Of a DNA stretch of 58,286 bases, positions 10,399 through 18,767 are shown one piece after another (positions within the stretch are counted from its first letter, which is position 1; every line of letters starts with the position of its first letter). The stretch is from Corallococcus sp. AB011P. Lineage in GTDB: Bacteria > Myxococcota > Myxococcia > Myxococcales > Myxococcaceae. A program made the position numbers and the translations under genes. A model generated the notes under the pieces. The model saw only the letters and a program-made list of their open reading frames with translations. It did not search any database and was not told the origin of the DNA. The DNA lies in the NCBI RefSeq assembly GCF_003611605.1, contig NZ_RAVX01000011.1:196811-255096 (forward strand). Direction: 5' to 3'.

Positions 10399-10513
10399 TC
10401 CGGGGCCCGGCGGGAGCGGGGGCGTCCCCCAGCCACACCGGCTGGCGCGGCAGGTCCGACAGGCAGCGTCCCGGGGAGCCCGACAGGCCCGGGAGGCCCC
10501 CTGCGGTCGTCCA

Positions 10514-10538
10514 AACCTGTCCGACAGTCCGACAGGTT
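10514..10538. repeat. Second copy of the 25-bp palindrome (AACCTGTCCGACAGTCCGACAGGTT), 140 bp from the first.
   Basis: Read directly from the sequence. It has one mismatch relative to the first copy. Confidence 0.9.
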
Positions 10539-10655
10539 CGTGCGGTGCGCCTCCATGGAGGGGCCCCAGTCGGGCTCCCACCTGTGCATCCACAGGGACG
10601 GAGTCCGTGTCCCGGGGCGTGAGGCAGCGCTTGTTCAGGCGCATCGAGGCGGGGC

Positions 10656-13157
10656 TCATAGGTCCTGGGCCTCCTCGTAGGTGAGCGCGACGCCATCGCT
10701 TTCTCCGGACGGCGGAGCCCATGCGAGCAGCTCGCCGGGCGCGGTGACGATGCGCTCGAAGAGGGCTGGCGGCGTGCCTTCGCGGTGCAGCCGCTGCACG
10801 ACCACTGAGCGCAGTCCCTCGATGCCCGCGAGCGCGCCGTACACGTCCGACAGTTGCAGGTCCTGTCCCAGCTCCACGCGGTCCGGATCCAGCAGGCCGG
10901 GCTCGCGCTCCGGGTCGCGGTCCACGCCCAACCGCAGGCGCGTCTCTTGAAGCACCGCGACCGGATCCGCGCCCTTCACCACGCGCAGCAGCACCCGCAG
11001 CCGCACCTCCACGCGCTGCCGGTTGGTCAGGTGCAGCTCCACCTTCGGCGCCACCCGTGCCGCCAGGTGCGCGTGGAGGGCTTCCAGGTCCGACGCGCCA
11101 AGGGCCGCTCCTTCTGGCCCGGAGACCACCACCTTCAACGAACGGCGGCGCACGCCGTCCCGGAACACGTTCGCGCGGTGCACTCCGTCGAACACCAACG
11201 TCAGCGCACGCACGTCCGAGAGAGACACGGCGCGGTCCATCGCGCCCACCGCCGCGGGCCCTCGCACGCGCGCCAGCGCCGGTGCCTCCGGATCTGTTCC
11301 TCCGGCCAGCGGCAACGGGTTGAACGTCTTCTCCACGCACGGATGCGGGCTCGCCATCGCCAGCAGCCGCAGCGCGGCCCGGTTGCCTCCCGTCCCTCTG
11401 CCCACGCGGTAGCGGACCCGCACCTCCGCGCCCAGGGGCAACGCCGAACCGTGCTCCCCTTCCCCGAAACGAAGCCTCGCGGCCCCGGCCGGTAGCGGCT
11501 CCACCGCGAAGGCCAGCTCATCCGGCGCGGCGTCCAACAACGAATCCACCGGATGCCACGCGCGTCCCCCCACCGTCAGGGACACTTCCGGGCGGCGGCC
11601 TCCCGCTCGGCTCGGGTCGCGCAGCCAGGTCACCGGTCCATGCAGCAGCGGCACCGTGCGCAGATCCAGCGCGGGCACGGCGACCTCCTCCACCGTGGAG
11701 CCCTCGCTGACGAGCGTGTTGTTGCCCAGCAGCACCACGCGATCCAACGCGTACGCGCGCGACAGCGGCGGCTGGAACGTCACCTGCGTCATCGGCGTGC
11801 GCTGACCGGGCGGGACCTCCGTGCGGACGCGCAGCACTCGCAGCGCTTCTCGGTAGAGCCGCTCCGTGCCCTTCGCTCCGCCGGGGCCCAGGCGCTCCAC
11901 GTCCTCGGCCAGCACGAACCAGTCTCCCGGGCGCACCGGTGGATCCTGCGAGGTGAGCCCGGAGGCATCCGTCAGCGGCGGCAGATAGAGGCTGTCCGTG
12001 CCAGATGCCGCCACGCCCAGCGGCCGGGCCACGCCCGCCTCCGCGCCAAAGGCCTGGTCCGCCCGGTTCAGCGCTTCACTGCCCTTGAGGATGACGAGTT
12101 GATCCCGCGCCTCCTGGATGAGGCTGTTCACGAAGGCATCCAGGAACGTGACCATCTTGTCCAACCGGACCGCGTGCACGGTCGGATCCTCGTCCGCGCA
12201 CGGGGCCAGCGCCTCCTCCAGCGCGGCCAGTGCGTCCGCCTGCCGCTTCTGCAAGTTCCGGAGCTGGCGGGCGAGGATCTCCTGCGACTCGGACAACGCG
12301 CCGACGGGACGGCCGGGCGGAGGCACGGCCTGCGCCACGACCTTCTGGGCCTCGCACAGTTGTTCGCAGAGCGCGTCCAGCGTGCTCTTGCACGCGGCAT
12401 CTCCACCCAGGTCCAGCGTCTTCATCAACGACGCCAGCTTGCGAGCATCCTGCTTCGCACGAGCCACCTGCCGTTCCTCCAGTGGACCGTGGCGCTGCAC
12501 CTCGATGCGCTCCTGGAGCCCCGCGACCACCGAGCCAGGCCCGAAGATTCCGCCCGTGGGCGCCGGAGCCCCGGGCTCACCCGGCTCGCCAGAAGGCGCG
12601 CCGGTCCCCCCACCCGTTCCACCCGTGCCCGTTCCCCCGCCCGTCCCGGCTCCAGCTCCGGTCCCTGCTCCAACCGGAGGAGGCAGGAACGCGCGAAGCT
12701 CGTTGAGCTCCGGCGACAGGCGCAGCGGCGCGAGCGTCTCGAACACGGCGGCGGTCTCTTCCCCTTCCGCCGCCGAATTCACCGCCGTTCCCGCGGACAG
12801 CGTGCCGCGCACGTTCGCCTTGCAGCGAAAGTGCTGGAGCCCCACCGCCGCGGTGCCCGGGCTCGGCCGATAACCGATGTGCCCGAGCAACTTGGAGACG
12901 GAGTCCTCCAGCCGCGCGGTGGCGAGGAAGCCCTCCTCCGCCCACGCCTGCTGATACGTCCACAGCACATGCAGCGCGAGCGCCACGCTGTCCAGCAGGC
13001 CCCGCCCCAGGTCCACCGAGGATGGCGCCGCGTACGCGAGAGGATTCCACGTGGGCGCCTCGTCCAGCCGGGCGTAGACGATGCGCGCCGACTCGCCCAG
13101 CCGGGTGCGGAGCTGATCATGCGTCAGCGCCTGGTGCGTGGAAGGAACGCGACTCAT
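10656..13157 (-). CDS. Second baseplate wedge protein of the gp6/gpJ type (a Baseplate_J-like paralogue), with an internal coiled-coil and a Gly-rich linker (833 aa).
   Basis: ORF 10656..13508. The real start is most likely the ATG at 13157 (MSRVPSTHQALTHDQL...), which overlaps the stop of the upstream gene as ATGA. The segment LLDSVALALHVLWTYQQAWAEEGFLATARLEDSVSKLLGHIGYRPSPGTAAV resembles the Baseplate_J core and parallels RDAQSLLAVMLERARTVMAPW...DSLAYQQERAVVEGFLEDARL in the neighbouring J protein. A G/T-rich low-complexity linker (GAGTGAGAGTGGGTGTGG) is followed by a heptad-like helix (ERQVARAKQDARKLASLMKTL). Confidence 0.45.
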   Translation of the reverse strand: MSRVPSTHQALTHDQLRTRLGESARIVYARLDEAPTWNPLAYAAPSSVDLGRGLLDSVALALHVLWTYQQAWAEEGFLATARLEDSVSKLLGHIGYRPSPGTAAVGLQHFRCKANVRGTLSAGTAVNSAAEGEETAAVFETLAPLRLSPELNELRAFLPPPVGAGTGAGAGTGGGTGTGGTGGGTGAPSGEPGEPGAPAPTGGIFGPGSVVAGLQERIEVQRHGPLEERQVARAKQDARKLASLMKTLDLGGDAACKSTLDALCEQLCEAQKVVAQAVPPPGRPVGALSESQEILARQLRNLQKRQADALAALEEALAPCADEDPTVHAVRLDKMVTFLDAFVNSLIQEARDQLVILKGSEALNRADQAFGAEAGVARPLGVAASGTDSLYLPPLTDASGLTSQDPPVRPGDWFVLAEDVERLGPGGAKGTERLYREALRVLRVRTEVPPGQRTPMTQVTFQPPLSRAYALDRVVLLGNNTLVSEGSTVEEVAVPALDLRTVPLLHGPVTWLRDPSRAGGRRPEVSLTVGGRAWHPVDSLLDAAPDELAFAVEPLPAGAARLRFGEGEHGSALPLGAEVRVRYRVGRGTGGNRAALRLLAMASPHPCVEKTFNPLPLAGGTDPEAPALARVRGPAAVGAMDRAVSLSDVRALTLVFDGVHRANVFRDGVRRRSLKVVVSGPEGAALGASDLEALHAHLAARVAPKVELHLTNRQRVEVRLRVLLRVVKGADPVAVLQETRLRLGVDRDPEREPGLLDPDRVELGQDLQLSDVYGALAGIEGLRSVVVQRLHREGTPPALFERIVTAPGELLAWAPPSGESDGVALTYEEAQDL

Positions 13158-16100
13158 CGCAGGCCTCCGCACACCTGCACGGTGAGGACGCCTTCCGAAC
13201 CCGGCCAATAACCACCCCGAGCGGTGGCCACCTCGTCCGGTCCAATGGGAATGACGCCCGCCTCCAGCCGCTCCTGCGCGTGGGGCTCCAGCCGGCGGAA
13301 GCGCTTCACCCGCACCGCCGTCACACCCGGTACACGCAGCACCGCCTGGTACAGGTCCGCGAGCTGCACGTCGCCGTTCAGGCCAGAGCGGTCCGGATCC
13401 AACAGGCCGCCGTCCCCAGCGATGGCGCCCACCACCGCGTCGCGCACCTGGTCGGCCTGCGCATGCGGCTCGGCATCCACCTCCAGGTCCAAGTCGAGCG
13501 GCACCCACTTGGGCGGCAGCGCCTCCACGTCCACGCCCAGCAGGCGGATTTCCTCCAGCCGGCTGCGCACTCCAGCCCAGCGGCGAAGCAGCTCGTCGCG
13601 GTCGAGTGTGTCCTCGTCGCGCAGCAACACCGTCACGCGGATGACCGTGCGCAGGTCCCGGTCCACGGCGCGCGCCGAAGCCCCCGCCACCTCCGGCATC
13701 TGCTGGAGCATCCGCACGTAGTCATCGACCGTGACGGCGGACAGCGGCTGCGACACGCCCGCCGGTGCGCGGTAACGAAGGGAGTCGAGCGACTCCGCGT
13801 CGCGTCCCCCCACCGCAGGCAGCGGGTTATCCACGCGCACCAACGCGCGCACGTCGTCCATCGACTGGGCCAGCAGCTCGCCCGCGGACGCGGAGCGCTG
13901 CGGATCCAACGGCACCTGGAGCAACCGCGTGAGCACGCCCTCCCCCACGTTGGCCACCGTCCCCAGCCCGACGCGCAGCGACAGTCCCAGCGTCGTCTCC
14001 CGAGGCGGCAGCGCGGCGCCGTTGACGCCATCGCCCCAGCGAAGGCTGGCGCCACCCGTGGGCGTCGCGCGCAGCACGAACACCTCATCCCCCGGCCCCT
14101 GGACGGACAGGTCGTCCACCAGCGTCCAGGGGTCGTCCTCCACGCTCACCTGGAGCTGGGGTGTCCCGCGCCGCGACGTCTCCTCCGGCAGTGGATACCC
14201 GGAGGCCTGGACGCTGACTGGATGGAACGGCAGGGCGAACTCGCGCTCCTCGCTGCCGTCCACCACCGGGGACAGCAACGCGCGCCACTGCGCGAGGCTG
14301 CGCGCGAAGGGCTCCGCCGAGTCCGCCTCGAAGCCCTCTGGAAGCGGCGTCACCGGCAGCCCGTGATGCGCGGGCACCACGTTGCCCAGCACCGTCGCGC
14401 GAGGCCCGGGCGCGGGGTCTCCCGGTGCCAGGAATACCTCCGGCGCGAACCTGCGCGGGTCCCACCCGACGAAGGTCGTATCGGTGGCGAGCGCCACGGA
14501 CGTCACTCGCACCACGTGTCCGCCCTCGCCGCGGCCCTGGTAGAGGATCAGCCACCGGCCGGGCTCCAGCTCCGGGTACAGGCCCGCGAGCGTGGCGCCC
14601 GTGTCCCCCAACTGCACGGACTCCGCGAGCGTCACGGCCTCCAGCCGGGGGAAGTACGACAGGGGCGACTCGGTGACGAACACCAGCGAGTGCTCGTCCG
14701 TGGAGCCATTCGCCACCAGCGTTTCGGCGGGAATCTCCAGCACGCCGCCACCGGTGAGGAACTCCAGCGCGGTGGTGCCGGGCGGCAGCACTGTCAGGTT
14801 CAGTTCCTCCAGCCGAGCCTTCACCAGCGCCGCGAGTGCCTCCGGATCCAACCTGAACCGCAGCATCACCGTGGCGGAGAGCCCCGGGTCCGGCACGCAA
14901 TCCAGCCCGCGTGCGTGGTCCTCCACGGAGCGCCGCAACCGGGCATCCTCCAGGAAGCCCTCCACCACCGCGCGCTCCTGCTGGTACGCCAGCGAGTCCA
15001 GCTGCGCGGCCACGGCCTCCAGCAACATGGTCGTGAAGTCCGCGGGCCCCCGGTCCTCCCACGGCGCCATCACCGTGCGGGCCCGCTCCAGCATCACCGC
15101 CAGCAGCGACTGCGCGTCGCGGGCCCGGTAGTCCACCAGCGCGCCAGGCGCCGGCCGCTCCGGGGCCGCGAGCCACGGGCGCGGCTGCGGATCCCGCACG
15201 TCACAGCCCGGCACCACGTCCGGAGCCCACGCGCCAATGAACGGCGCCGGGTCACGAGGACCATCGCCCGGAACCGGCACGGCCGCGCGCGAGATGGCCG
15301 CATCCGGCACCAGCCGCAGGTCCACGGTCTCCGGTGGCGGCAGGCCGCCGGTGAGCAACACGGGAGGGACCTCCGGAGTCCCCGGCGTCCGGTACGGCAG
15401 CGGCCCCACCTCCAGGAACGGCGGGGCCGCGCCCTGCGCGAACAGCGCGGGCGATGCGGACAGCTCCGCGTCTGGCTCCAGCACGAAGGGCGCGCCCACG
15501 ATGGCCGTGAAGAGCGAGTCGTACGCGCGAATCTCCCCGGGTCCCAACCGCAGCCCATGCGCATGCCGGTGCCAGGTGAGCTGCGCGAGCAGCAGCTGCT
15601 CCGCCTGGAGCCAGCCCGCGTGCACCGACGTCCAGGCCTCGGTGCGCCGCACCAGCGCCGTGCGCAACCCGCCCTCCAGCTGCAACGCGGTGCCGGTGAT
15701 GACGAAGAGGGAGCAGTCCTCGACGGCGATCTCCCCCGGCGTGCCCACGTCCAGCACCGGCTCCAGGCCGCCCAGCGGCGCGGCCACGTGCAGGCCCACG
15801 ACGTCCGCATCCATGGGAAACCCAGGCAGCGTCAGCGGCCCCACGACCGAAGCAGACAGTGCATCCAACGCGACGGAGAGCCAATCCGACCACGCCGCAG
15901 CGGGCTGCGCGGACACCGGCACGGGCGCCGCCGACACACGGCTCACCTCCACGTCGCGAACCACCACCGGCTCCAGCGAAGGTCCCCCCAGCACCCGCAT
16001 GCCCGTGGCGCGCGTTCCGGCGGCGATGTCCTCCACCTGGCCCATGGCCACTTCGATGCTCCGCCCACCCAGCGCGAGCACGCCCATCGGGAACCCGCCC

Positions 16101-16921
16101 TGCACCCGCTGCACGGTGAAGCCACGCACCTGGAGCGGGCCCACCGAAGCCGCCACGAGCCCGATGCTCCACTGCACCCCGAACGCGTTCACCTCGCTCA
16201 CGGACACGTCCACCATGGACAGGCCCTCGCCCTCCTCCCGAGCCACCAGCACCCGTGCGCCGGTCGCGTTCGGCCCGGAGACCTCCGACACCGTGAGCCC
16301 GGACAGGTCCGCGCGGGTGAAGCCCGCCAGCTCCAGGCCCACGCCCGTCTCCATGCCCATGACGTTGCTCACCGCCACGTCCGCCCACTGCGAGCGCTGG
16401 CAGACCGCCCGCACGCCAAAGGCGTCCCCCACCGTGGCCTTCACTCCGTCCACGGACAGGCCAGTGACGCGGGCCTCGGTCGCCAGGAGCCGGAGCCCCG
16501 TCGCCACCTCGCCCTTCGCCTGCGTCACCGTGAGCGAGTCGATGACCACCGTGCCATCCGGCGTCTCCACGCTCACCGCCGCGCAATCCCCCGACGCCGT
16601 GGCGTTCACCGTGACGTCCGACACCTCGACCCGTGCCCCCAGGAGGACCACCCCGGCGTCCACCGCCACCACCGTCACGCTAGACAGGCCGGTGACGAGC
16701 CCCGTGACTTCGAGCGTCCCGCCGTCGAGCCGCAGCGTCACGCCCGGCCCCCCCGTGAGCCGCAGCGCGTGCGCGGGCGTGCCGACGACGAAGTTCGTGG
16801 TGAGCACGCCTTCGCCCACGGGCAGCATCCACTCCACCTCGCCCGGCGGCGTGGTCTCCAACGTGGCCTGGGCCTCCGCGAGCGACGCCTCCAGTGGCAA
16901 TGTCAGGACCCGCGCGCTCAC
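13154..16921 (-). CDS. Baseplate J-like (gp6/gpJ/Afp11-type) wedge protein with an N-terminal extension of about 400 aa of beta-helix-like repeats (1255 aa).
   Basis: The ORF has strong GC3 bias. Its central region (PWEDRGPADFTTMLLEAVAAQLDSLAYQQERAVVEGFLEDARL ... DDYVRMLQQMPEVAGASARAV) fits the Baseplate_J family pattern. The N-terminus is rich in V-T/S-V and G-x-x-V repeats. The gene sits immediately downstream of the gp25-like gene, as in P2 (W-J) and eCIS (Afp9-Afp11). Confidence 0.6.
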   Translation of the reverse strand: MSARVLTLPLEASLAEAQATLETTPPGEVEWMLPVGEGVLTTNFVVGTPAHALRLTGGPGVTLRLDGGTLEVTGLVTGLSSVTVVAVDAGVVLLGARVEVSDVTVNATASGDCAAVSVETPDGTVVIDSLTVTQAKGEVATGLRLLATEARVTGLSVDGVKATVGDAFGVRAVCQRSQWADVAVSNVMGMETGVGLELAGFTRADLSGLTVSEVSGPNATGARVLVAREEGEGLSMVDVSVSEVNAFGVQWSIGLVAASVGPLQVRGFTVQRVQGGFPMGVLALGGRSIEVAMGQVEDIAAGTRATGMRVLGGPSLEPVVVRDVEVSRVSAAPVPVSAQPAAAWSDWLSVALDALSASVVGPLTLPGFPMDADVVGLHVAAPLGGLEPVLDVGTPGEIAVEDCSLFVITGTALQLEGGLRTALVRRTEAWTSVHAGWLQAEQLLLAQLTWHRHAHGLRLGPGEIRAYDSLFTAIVGAPFVLEPDAELSASPALFAQGAAPPFLEVGPLPYRTPGTPEVPPVLLTGGLPPPETVDLRLVPDAAISRAAVPVPGDGPRDPAPFIGAWAPDVVPGCDVRDPQPRPWLAAPERPAPGALVDYRARDAQSLLAVMLERARTVMAPWEDRGPADFTTMLLEAVAAQLDSLAYQQERAVVEGFLEDARLRRSVEDHARGLDCVPDPGLSATVMLRFRLDPEALAALVKARLEELNLTVLPPGTTALEFLTGGGVLEIPAETLVANGSTDEHSLVFVTESPLSYFPRLEAVTLAESVQLGDTGATLAGLYPELEPGRWLILYQGRGEGGHVVRVTSVALATDTTFVGWDPRRFAPEVFLAPGDPAPGPRATVLGNVVPAHHGLPVTPLPEGFEADSAEPFARSLAQWRALLSPVVDGSEEREFALPFHPVSVQASGYPLPEETSRRGTPQLQVSVEDDPWTLVDDLSVQGPGDEVFVLRATPTGGASLRWGDGVNGAALPPRETTLGLSLRVGLGTVANVGEGVLTRLLQVPLDPQRSASAGELLAQSMDDVRALVRVDNPLPAVGGRDAESLDSLRYRAPAGVSQPLSAVTVDDYVRMLQQMPEVAGASARAVDRDLRTVIRVTVLLRDEDTLDRDELLRRWAGVRSRLEEIRLLGVDVEALPPKWVPLDLDLEVDAEPHAQADQVRDAVVGAIAGDGGLLDPDRSGLNGDVQLADLYQAVLRVPGVTAVRVKRFRRLEPHAQERLEAGVIPIGPDEVATARGGYWPGSEGVLTVQVCGGLR

Positions 16922-17292
16922 GGCGGCGCCTCCAGGTCCCGGCGGAACAGCTCCGCGTGCTCCTCACCCGTCGCCAGCAGCGTGTAGAGGATGTCCACGT
17001 AGAGCGTCGCGTCCTCGGCGCTCACCTTCACCGCGTCCAGGCGCACCTGGTCGCGCATGAACTCCTGCACGTTGAGGCGGATGACGTACTCGGCCGTGGC
17101 GGCGGCCTCCGGGCTCGCGGCACCGAACACCATCCGCTGCACGCCGCACCCGAAGCGCGGCCGGTTCACCCGCTCCCCGGGCAGCGTGAAGAGCAGCTGC
17201 TCCAACTGCTGGCGGATGACCTGCGAGGGCCCCACCGTGCGCGGCGTGCCCAGGTCTCCCAGTTGGAAGGGGAAGTACAGGCCGCGTCCCAT
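16918..17292 (-). CDS. gp25/gpW-like baseplate wedge protein (GPW_gp25 lysozyme-like fold), 124 aa.
   Basis: Within ORF 16918..17763 the real start is at 17292 (MGRGLYFPFQLGD...), overlapping the stop of the upstream gpD-like gene (TGATG). The motifs LLFTLPGERVNRPRFGCGV and ATLYVDILYTL match the gp25/TssE consensus (T.pGER..rP.fG; EPR/Y...i.Y). Confidence 0.8.
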   Translation of the reverse strand: MGRGLYFPFQLGDLGTPRTVGPSQVIRQQLEQLLFTLPGERVNRPRFGCGVQRMVFGAASPEAAATAEYVIRLNVQEFMRDQVRLDAVKVSAEDATLYVDILYTLLATGEEHAELFRRDLEAPP

Positions 17293-18479
17293 CACGCCAC
17301 CCCGTTGAGCGCGTCGCGCGCCAGGTCCACGTCCACTTCGTAGCGAGCCAGCGCCTCCGCCCACACCCAACGGTGCCGGGCGCCGCGCACGTACCAGGTG
17401 CCATCCATCAGCTTGCCCGCCCCCACGAGCCCCACCGGACGCCGGGCGCGGAGGATGCGCTCGTAGCGCAGGCCCTGCACCGTGCCGTTCGCCTCCGCGA
17501 GCCAGTCCGCCTCGCGGTAGTCCGACCACGCCAGGTTCTCCACCTCCGGCACGTCGTGCGGCACGTCCACGTACTGCAGGCCCACCGCCTTCGTCTGGGG
17601 CCGCTTCGGCAGCACCGCCGCCATGCGCGCCTTCAGGATGTCCGCGCGGCCGGTGGGCCCCATGCGAGGAAAGCGAGGCGCCGTCACCGTGGCGGAGCGG
17701 ATCCGCCGGGTGCGCTCGTCGATGTGCTCCCCGTGCAGCTCCGTGGGGCGGTGGCTCTCCCAACGCGCCTTGAGCTCGATGACGGACGGCGTGGAGCGAG
17801 GGATGAGCGACAGGTCCGGCTGCTTCGGGCCGTCCGGCCGGGGCAGGTGGAAGTGGCCCACGCTCTCCGGCGCCGCGTTGGCGCCCGCGCCCACCGGCCC
17901 CGGCTTGCGCTCCACGAAGGCCTCATAACCGTTGCGCCGCGCGAGCCACCGGAGGAGCGACGCGTCCGTGCCACGCTGGAGCACCACCGCCCGCGCCGGG
18001 TCGCGCACGGGCGCCGTCTCCTGCACGTCCAGCGCGAAGCCATATTCCCCATACACCTGCCGCACGATGCCCGCGTCGGACAGGCCGCTGAACGAGCGCG
18101 TGCGCTCCTCCAGGTGCATCAGGCACGACGCGTCCAGCCCGTACACCTCCAGCGACGAGTCCGGCACGCGCGAAGGGCCGAAGTACGGCTCCACCGCGGT
18201 GATGTAGCCGTCGAACACCACGTCCTGCACGTCCGGCGCCTCGCTGTCCGGAGCGCCCAGCCCGAAGCTGATGGTGACGCGCTTGAGCAGCGCGAAGCGC
18301 CCGTCCGCCAGCGCGTCCCAGTCCCCCGAGTCCGTGGGCGCCATGTCCAGGGACAGGTGGAAGGACGACGCGTCGTCGGTGCGCTCATCCACCTCCAGGC
18401 GCGACACCCGGCCACGGGCGTCCGTCATGGGCAGCCCGTCGATCCACAGCTGGAGGAACGCCGCGCGCTGCTCCGCCAT
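17292..18479 (-). CDS. P2 gpD-like (Phage_GPD late control D family) tail hub or spike-base protein, 395 aa. No gp5-like needle or beta-helix domain is present.
   Basis: Within ORF 17292..18566 the start is at 18479 (MAEQRAAFLQLWIDGLPMTDARGRVSRLEVDERTDDASSFHLSL...), overlapping the gpX-like stop (TGATG). Its length and position (after the LysM-like gpX, before the gp25-like gene) match gpD of P2 and R-type pyocins. GC3 is high. Confidence 0.65.
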   Translation of the reverse strand: MAEQRAAFLQLWIDGLPMTDARGRVSRLEVDERTDDASSFHLSLDMAPTDSGDWDALADGRFALLKRVTISFGLGAPDSEAPDVQDVVFDGYITAVEPYFGPSRVPDSSLEVYGLDASCLMHLEERTRSFSGLSDAGIVRQVYGEYGFALDVQETAPVRDPARAVVLQRGTDASLLRWLARRNGYEAFVERKPGPVGAGANAAPESVGHFHLPRPDGPKQPDLSLIPRSTPSVIELKARWESHRPTELHGEHIDERTRRIRSATVTAPRFPRMGPTGRADILKARMAAVLPKRPQTKAVGLQYVDVPHDVPEVENLAWSDYREADWLAEANGTVQGLRYERILRARRPVGLVGAGKLMDGTWYVRGARHRWVWAEALARYEVDVDLARDALNGVA

Positions 18480-18757
18480 CAGGGCTTCTCCGGGATGAAC
18501 AGCACCGTGCCCGGCTCCAGGAGCGCCTCGGGCTCGAAGGTGGGGTTGGCGTCCACGATGCGCCACGCCTGGAACGGGTCGCTGAAGTAGCGCTGCGCGA
18601 GCAGGTCCAACCGGTCCCCCGCCACCACCTTGTGCAACAGCGACGTGGGCACGCGCGGCGCCACGCGGGGCACGTACAGCGACACCGTGGAGCCCTCCGG
18701 GCCCAGCGGCACCGCGTACGTCGGCAGGTCCTTGTGTCGCGAGGAGGGGTCGCTCAT
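18479..18757 (-). CDS. Phage tail protein X-like small LysM-fold protein (92 aa).
   Basis: HKVVAGDRLDLLAQRYFSDPFQAWRIVDANP matches the LysM-like core of P2 gpX (Phage_tail_X). Its position immediately upstream of the gpD-like gene matches pyocin and P2-like tail modules. Confidence 0.65.
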   Translation of the reverse strand: MSDPSSRHKDLPTYAVPLGPEGSTVSLYVPRVAPRVPTSLLHKVVAGDRLDLLAQRYFSDPFQAWRIVDANPTFEPEALLEPGTVLFIPEKP

Positions 18758-18767
18758 GGCCGTCTCT

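Larger units (their letters stand above)
10169..10655 (-). promoter_or_regulatory. 487-bp non-coding spacer inside the tail-like operon. It carries an array of palindromic CCGACAGG / CCTGTCGG motifs. It is a candidate internal promoter, operator array, or RNA hairpin processing site.
   Basis: There is no GC3-biased frame here; ORF-track entries in the spacer are G/R/P-rich junk. The core motif or its complement occurs at 10281..10291, 10374..10398, 10454..10463, 10479..10488 and 10514..10538. Confidence 0.5.

Noticed and set aside
10165-11340. A 391-aa minus-strand ORF spanning the palindromic spacer, and the small ORFs at 10293..10589 and 10340..10696.
   Set aside because: They are Gly/Arg/Pro-rich and out of frame with the real gene (10656..13157). 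The spacer region has no GC3-biased frame.
13022-16987. A 1321-aa plus-strand ORF, and the 607-aa ORF at 15237..17060.
   Set aside because: These are antisense and out-of-frame shadows of the Baseplate_J gene (13154..16921). They are low-complexity R/H/Q or S/T/P/A-rich with no GC3 bias.
16918-17763. The full 281-aa ORF as one protein.
   Set aside because: Its N-terminal 157 aa are G/A/R/P-rich and overlap the gpD-like gene. The real gp25-like protein starts at the internal ATG at 17292.
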